A DNA stretch of 22,197 nucleotides, from positions 1 to 22,197 of the forward strand of contig JBEKHC010000085.1 in assembly GCA_050012475.1 (NCBI GenBank), in the 5' to 3' direction. The position numbers and the translations under genes were made by a program. The notes beneath the pieces are model-generated. The model made no database searches. It was not told where the DNA came from and saw only the letters and a list, made by a program, of their open reading frames with translations. Of the stretch, positions 17,522 through 22,197 are shown piece by piece. Position 1 is the stretch's first letter, and every line of letters starts with the position of its first letter. The stretch comes from Candidatus Velthaea sp. (GTDB lineage: Bacteria; Vulcanimicrobiota; Vulcanimicrobiia; Vulcanimicrobiales; Vulcanimicrobiaceae).

Positions 17522-17584
17522 TCAACCGATCCGATCCGGCGGCCGACAACAGACCAACGAGCAATGCCCGCGCAGCGATTTCAC
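17522..17584 (-). CDS. putative Cys-containing attenuator leader peptide MKSLRGHCSLVCCRPPDRIG
   Basis: GTG 17584 to TGA 17522, 20 codons, with Cys codons TGC and TGT-TGT. Its stop codon lies within the antiterminator arm. The start codon is uncertain and the SD signal (GGTAGG) is weak. Confidence 0.65.
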   Translation of the reverse strand: MKSLRGHCSLVCCRPPDRIG

Positions 17585-17643
17585 GCTACCTACCGACACC
17601 GTCCGCGCAGCACTGGATGCAGCGGCGGCCGGTCTGCCGTTCG

Positions 17644-19212
17644 TTAGACGGCTAACCGGTCGACGTGACCGTCAAGGCGCCACGCCGCGATCCCGATGAG
17701 CGAGCCGCTCTCGATGATCGCAAGCAGTACGCCCGCGACCAGCCCGGCGAGCGACGCATCGAAGATCGATGCGACGACCACGGCCAGCACGAACGGCGGA
17801 ACCAGCAGCGTCGCCGTCATCCCCAAGCGCAGAACCGTCACCGGCCCGCGCAAATCCACTGGACCCGGAAACAGCGCGAACGTCGCAAAACCCACCGCGC
17901 CCAGCAAACCGACGAGCACGGGCATCCCCACCCCAAAGAAGATCGTGCCGGCCGCCGATCCGCCGCTCAAGGCGAACGTCAGCGCGATGAGTTCGAGCGC
18001 CGCGATCAACGGCCACACCCGCGCCAGCACGAGCGCACAGAGCCGCTCGAACAACGGCGCCCGGGCCAACCAAAACAAGGGCCGCCGAATTTCGCCGGTG
18101 ATCGAGTTCGTCGCCGTGATGCCGATGATGCCGATGACGAGCACCACGTTGACGATGATCCCGCCAAGCGTCGTGAAGAACGCTTCGCCGTCCGCTTTCG
18201 CGATCCGCGCGGCGCTGAACCCGGCCACGCAGCAGAGCACGGCAGCGCCCACGATATATTCACGCTTCGTGCGGCGGCCGAACTCGACCATGGCTTTCCA
18301 GATGAAGATGAATACGCCGGGCGGCGCGGGCAGCGAAAATTGGCGGCCGCGCACGACCGACACGGGTGCGGTGCCTTTCTCGCGCCGCTTGTGCCAGCGC
18401 TCGAGCCGATCGATCCGCGCAACCGAAAGCGCGTACAATTCCGGATACGCATCGCGACCCGCCGACGCCAGCACGACGATCGCCGCGGCGGTCAGCGCAA
18501 GCACGGGGATCAGCCATTGCGGATGCGGCGACAGCAGCACGCGTCCCGGGTGCCAAGCCGGCACGGCGGTCAGGATGAAATGCGCAAGCTGCGGCGGCAA
18601 CGGCAGCGGCGAACCCGCAACGAAGTCGCGCACGGCCGGCGCGATCGCGAGCACGACCAGCGGCGAGAAGATTATCCCACACGCCAAGCTGCCCAGCCGG
18701 GGCAGCATCCGCCGCGGCACGACGACCACGGCCGATGCCGTGACGGTCGCCGAACCCAAGATCAAATCGATGATGACCGTGGCCGCACCCAACTGCCGCG
18801 GCCCGAACAGAAAGATGAAATACGTGAACGAGAACAGCAAACGCACGCCGCGCGCCAGCGCTTCGCGCGCCTGCAAGTACGCGATCGCCAACGGCGCCGG
18901 CACCGGCGAGCCGATGATGAACCGCGCTTCCGCCCGGCTGCGAAAAATCCCGACCGCTCCCAGCCCGCTGGCCAGCGAGAACGCCAGCGTCGCCAGCAAA
19001 ATGCAGACGAAATAATCCGCCCGCGCAAGATCGCTCGTCCCGCCGTGCGTCGCGCCCGGTCCGCGCGCAATGCTTCGGCTCCAAAAGAAAAACCCGAGCA
19101 CCCCGAGATACCCGATCCAAACGGCGATCCGGCCCGGCGAGCGCAGCCCGCGCCGAACGTCGTTGACGATCCCGCGCCGGTCGGCGTAGGCCAGGGTCAA
19201 GAGCGCGTTCAC
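17644..19212 (-). CDS. putative ABC exporter permease (multi-TM membrane protein)
   Basis: Many hydrophobic segments, F…EARFIIGSPVP. Its GTG start overlaps the ATPase stop (GTGA). Confidence 0.8.
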   Translation of the reverse strand: MNALLTLAYADRRGIVNDVRRGLRSPGRIAVWIGYLGVLGFFFWSRSIARGPGATHGGTSDLARADYFVCILLATLAFSLASGLGAVGIFRSRAEARFIIGSPVPAPLAIAYLQAREALARGVRLLFSFTYFIFLFGPRQLGAATVIIDLILGSATVTASAVVVVPRRMLPRLGSLACGIIFSPLVVLAIAPAVRDFVAGSPLPLPPQLAHFILTAVPAWHPGRVLLSPHPQWLIPVLALTAAAIVVLASAGRDAYPELYALSVARIDRLERWHKRREKGTAPVSVVRGRQFSLPAPPGVFIFIWKAMVEFGRRTKREYIVGAAVLCCVAGFSAARIAKADGEAFFTTLGGIIVNVVLVIGIIGITATNSITGEIRRPLFWLARAPLFERLCALVLARVWPLIAALELIALTFALSGGSAAGTIFFGVGMPVLVGLLGAVGFATFALFPGPVDLRGPVTVLRLGMTATLLVPPFVLAVVVASIFDASLAGLVAGVLLAIIESGSLIGIAAWRLDGHVDRLAV

Positions 19213-19922
19213 GCGTGCGTGATCGCGAGAAAAACGTCTTCGAGCGTCCCGCTGCCCATGGCGTGCAGCTCATCGATCGTGCCGCTCGCCACGACGAGGC
19301 CGGCATTGAGAATGACGACCCGATCGCACAACGCCTCGGCAGCCTCGAGCTGATGCGTGCTCAACATGATCGAGGTCCCCGTCGCGCGCAAATCGCGCAA
19401 CACCTCGCGCAAGCCGCGCTGGCCTAGCGGATCGAGACCGATCATCGGTTCGTCGAGCAAGAGCACCGGCGTATTCGCGAGGACCGTCGCCGCGACCAGG
19501 GTTTTCTGGCGCATCCCTTTGGAAAGATCGCTGCCCAGCGTATCGCGTACGCCGTCCATGTTGAACCGTTCGAGCAGTGTCTGCCCGCGCGCTTCCCAGC
19601 CCGCGGGCAGGCGCGCCAGCCGGGCGACGAACACCAAGTGTTCCCACACCGTTAAGAGCGGGTACACGTCGGGCGTTTCCGGGATGAGCGAAACGATGCG
19701 GCCGCGGTCGCGGCCGAGCAGTTCGCCCGCGTAGCTCAGCGTGCCCGAGTCGGGACGCAGCAAGCCGCACAGAATGCCGAACGCCGTCGATTTACCCGCC
19801 CCGTTGGGACCGATCAGTCCGACGATCTCGCCGGCATCCACCGTGAACGACACGTCGACGAGCGCGGTTGTCCGGTTGTACCGCTTGGCAAGGTGCTCGA
19901 CGACGAGGGCAGGCTGACGCAT
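19209..19922 (-). CDS. ABC transporter ATP-binding protein
   Basis: Walker A GPNGAGKS, signature LSKGMRQK, Walker B LLLDEP, H-loop STH. Confidence 0.95.
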   Translation of the reverse strand: MRQPALVVEHLAKRYNRTTALVDVSFTVDAGEIVGLIGPNGAGKSTAFGILCGLLRPDSGTLSYAGELLGRDRGRIVSLIPETPDVYPLLTVWEHLVFVARLARLPAGWEARGQTLLERFNMDGVRDTLGSDLSKGMRQKTLVAATVLANTPVLLLDEPMIGLDPLGQRGLREVLRDLRATGTSIMLSTHQLEAAEALCDRVVILNAGLVVASGTIDELHAMGSGTLEDVFLAITHA

Positions 19923-19999
19923 CAAGAAACGGTTCGGAACCGGCGGTGGCGTTCTCTTCCCGGCATGTGTGGACGACGCTAAGAAAAGAATAATTCGAC

Positions 20000-20782
20000 G
20001 TGCTGTTTGCCCAAATCACCGATACGCATATCACCCGCGACGGCCCCGAAGCAGGCTATCTCGCCGCAACGATCGCTTGGATCAACGCGTTGCGGCCGCT
20101 GCCCGCTGCCGTCCTCGTCAGCGGCGATACGGTCGACGACGGCGGGCTCGCGCAGTACGCGGTGCTGCGCGACCTGCTCGCACGCTGCGCTGCGCCGGTG
20201 TACGTCGTCCCCGGCAATCATGACCGGCGCGAAGCGTTGCGCGCGGTCCTGCCCGGCGCGTATTTTCCCGGCACCCCGGGCGAACGGCTCGATTTCAGCG
20301 TCGACATCGGTCCCCTGCGCATCGTCGGACTCGACACGTCCGAACAGCGCCGAACGGGCGGCATTCTGCGCGCAGCGCCGCTCGACTGGCTCGACCACTG
20401 CTTAGACGCCGCTGCCGCGCGGCCGACGCTGATCTTCATGCATCATCCGCCGTTTCGAACCGGCGTCAACGCTGCCGACCTGTTCGGCTTTGTCGGCCTG
20501 GCCCGCTTTCGCGCGATCGTTGCCCGCCGGCCGGCGGTGCGCCGCATCATCGCCGGCCACATCCATTGCGAGCGCCGGGCCGAACTCGGCCAAGCCTTGG
20601 CGACCACGAGCATCAGCAGCATCCCCCAGCGGGTGCCCGAACTGTTCGAGGGCGGCCGTCTGTTGGGCTTGCGCCGCGAAGCGCCCGGGTTCGCAACCCA
20701 CGAATGGCGAACGGACGGTTTCGCCTCGATGACGTTCGTCAACGCCGGAGACGGCCGATTCGTCGCCCGCCCGGCCGGGTAG
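20000..20782 (+). CDS. calcineurin-like metallophosphoesterase (CpdA/GpdQ-like phosphodiesterase)
   Basis: QITDTH, SGD, PGNHD, MHHPP and AGHIH metal-binding motifs. Confidence 0.9.
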   Translation: MLFAQITDTHITRDGPEAGYLAATIAWINALRPLPAAVLVSGDTVDDGGLAQYAVLRDLLARCAAPVYVVPGNHDRREALRAVLPGAYFPGTPGERLDFSVDIGPLRIVGLDTSEQRRTGGILRAAPLDWLDHCLDAAAARPTLIFMHHPPFRTGVNAADLFGFVGLARFRAIVARRPAVRRIIAGHIHCERRAELGQALATTSISSIPQRVPELFEGGRLLGLRREAPGFATHEWRTDGFASMTFVNAGDGRFVARPAG

Positions 20783-20792
20783 AGCCGGAAGT

Positions 20793-21365
20793 ATGCCGAT
20801 CACCGCCGTTGACCCGCGTTCCGCGCTCGTCGTCATCGACATGCAGAAAGGGATCGTCGCGCTGCCGACGGTGCATTCGGCGGCGGCGGTCGTCGAAAAC
20901 GTCGTGCGTTTGGTGAACGCATTTCGCGCCACCGGACTGCCCGTCGTCCTCGTGCATGTCGGCTGGTCGCCGGATCTCGGCGACCAGCTCAAGACGCGCA
21001 CCCAAGCGCCAGCGCCCAGCCGGCCGATGCCCGCTGATTTCAGCGACTATATCGAAGCACTGAACGCCGACCCCAAGCGCGACATTCTCATTCTCAAACA
21101 CCAGTGGGGCGCGTTCTACGGCACGGAGCTCGACCTGCAATTGCGCCGGCGCGCCGTCACCAACATCGTCATGTGCGGGATCTCGACGAGCATCGGCGTC
21201 GAATCGACCGCGCGCGATGCGTTCGAGCGCGGCTATAATCTGACGTTCGCCGCCGACGCGATGACCGATCTCAATGCGGACGCTCACGACCGTGCGCTCA
21301 CGATCATCTTTCCACGCATCGGCGAGATCGGAACCACCGCCGAGATCCTCGCCCGGCTCGCCTGA
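20793..21365 (+). CDS. isochorismatase/cysteine hydrolase family protein (YecD-like)
   Basis: ALVVIDMQKGI, K.QWGAFYGT.LDLQLRRR, GISTSIGVESTAR.A.E.GY, IFPRIG. Confidence 0.9.
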   Translation: MPITAVDPRSALVVIDMQKGIVALPTVHSAAAVVENVVRLVNAFRATGLPVVLVHVGWSPDLGDQLKTRTQAPAPSRPMPADFSDYIEALNADPKRDILILKHQWGAFYGTELDLQLRRRAVTNIVMCGISTSIGVESTARDAFERGYNLTFAADAMTDLNADAHDRALTIIFPRIGEIGTTAEILARLA

Positions 21366-21393
21366 ACCCGACGGCCGGCGAAGCCGCGTTCTC

Positions 21394-22149
21394 TTAATCG
21401 CGGCGCGCGGAGAAACGCAGCCGCACGTAGTCGGCTGTCCAACGTCCTTGCCCGTCGCGCAGCACCGGAGCGAGCAGCGCCGTGACCGCATCGAGAATCG
21501 CGCCGCGCTCGTCGGGCGGGGCAACGGCCGTAAACGGATTGCCGAACGTATCGAGCCAGGCCCGAAGACCGGTGGGCAGCTGCGTCGGACGCGCGAACAG
21601 CGCGATTGTTTCGAGCGCAAAGCCGTTGGCTTGGAGCCGGTCGGCGTATTCTTCGACGGTCGGGAAATACCACGGCGAGGCCACGGCGAGACCGCGCGCT
21701 TGTAAGGTTGCGGCGAGTGCCGTGCGGATCGCGGCCACGTTGCCGTGACCGCCGAATTCGCCCACCAACCGGCCGCCGGGCCGCAGCGCTCGACGGATCC
21801 TCTGCAGCACGCGGTCGGGGGCCCCGATCCAATGCAGCGCGGCGTTGGAAAACGCGGCGTCGAACTCGTTTTCGAAAACGATCTCTCGCGCATCCATCAG
21901 GCGCGCGTCGAGCCCGCACTCGCGCGCGGCAGCGGCCAGTTCGGGCGATCGATCGATCCCTACCACCGTTGCGCCCGAATGCGCGATTTTGAGACTCAGC
22001 GCGCCGTCGCCGCAACCCACATCGAGGATACGTTCGCCCGCGCGCGGCGCCAACAAGGTGACGACGGGCTGTCCGAGGTCGGCGACGAAGCGCGCGTTTT
22101 CCGCATAACGGCGGGCATCCCACGTTTGGGCGTCGGCGGAGTCGGGCAT
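21394..22149 (-). CDS. class I SAM-dependent methyltransferase (Tam-like)
   Basis: W.A..Y, ILDVGCGDG, FDAAFSNAALHW, ALRPGGR…EFGG.GN, W.ADYVRLRF. GAGGGAG RBS. Confidence 0.92.
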   Translation of the reverse strand: MPDSADAQTWDARRYAENARFVADLGQPVVTLLAPRAGERILDVGCGDGALSLKIAHSGATVVGIDRSPELAAAARECGLDARLMDAREIVFENEFDAAFSNAALHWIGAPDRVLQRIRRALRPGGRLVGEFGGHGNVAAIRTALAATLQARGLAVASPWYFPTVEEYADRLQANGFALETIALFARPTQLPTGLRAWLDTFGNPFTAVAPPDERGAILDAVTALLAPVLRDGQGRWTADYVRLRFSARRD

Positions 22150-22197
22150 TGCTTTTCTCCCTCGAGCACGGCAACCGATGGCTTGCGTTTCGACGCG

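Noticed and set aside
17449..17640. Metabolite riboswitch or T-box in the CA leader
   Set aside because: No recognisable SAM-I, TPP, cobalamin or T-box consensus; the uORF-attenuator model explains the structure better, although an Rfam search is still needed.
17665..19353. Long + strand ORFs (562 aa and 439 aa) antisense to the ABC permease, and similar shadow ORFs elsewhere
   Set aside because: Arg/Pro/Ala/Ser-rich antisense or alternate-frame ORFs typical of high-GC DNA, with no motifs.

Overview
A GC-rich bacterial chromosomal window. Gram-positive-type LexA boxes (GAAC-N4-GTTC) and several apparently leaderless promoters suggest a Terrabacteria lineage (inference). From left to right it holds: a frameshifted FAD/Fe-S D-lactate dehydrogenase facing a lutABC L-lactate operon; DUF427; an M48-like/RDD membrane fusion with a degenerate zinc site; YihY/BrkB; a 55-aa hyperacidic protein; a quinone oxidoreductase; an M16 peptidase pair; a decayed Vgb-like remnant; imuA and imuB, each with its own LexA-boxed promoter and no imuC/dnaE2 in the window; a beta-carbonic anhydrase; an ABC exporter; a metallophosphoesterase; an isochorismatase-family hydrolase; and a SAM methyltransferase. 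The most notable signal lies upstream of the Rv1284-like (clade D, COS-hydrolase-related) carbonic anhydrase. It is a 20-codon Cys-containing leader ORF (…HCSLVCCR…) missed by the ORF track, with mutually exclusive antiterminator and terminator hairpins. This is the layout of a cysteine-sensing transcription attenuator and suggests the enzyme serves sulfur acquisition, possibly from carbonyl sulfide. A ~100-nt hairpin repeat with compensatory base changes occurs three times in intergenic DNA. All family assignments come from motif recognition by eye; no searches were run.
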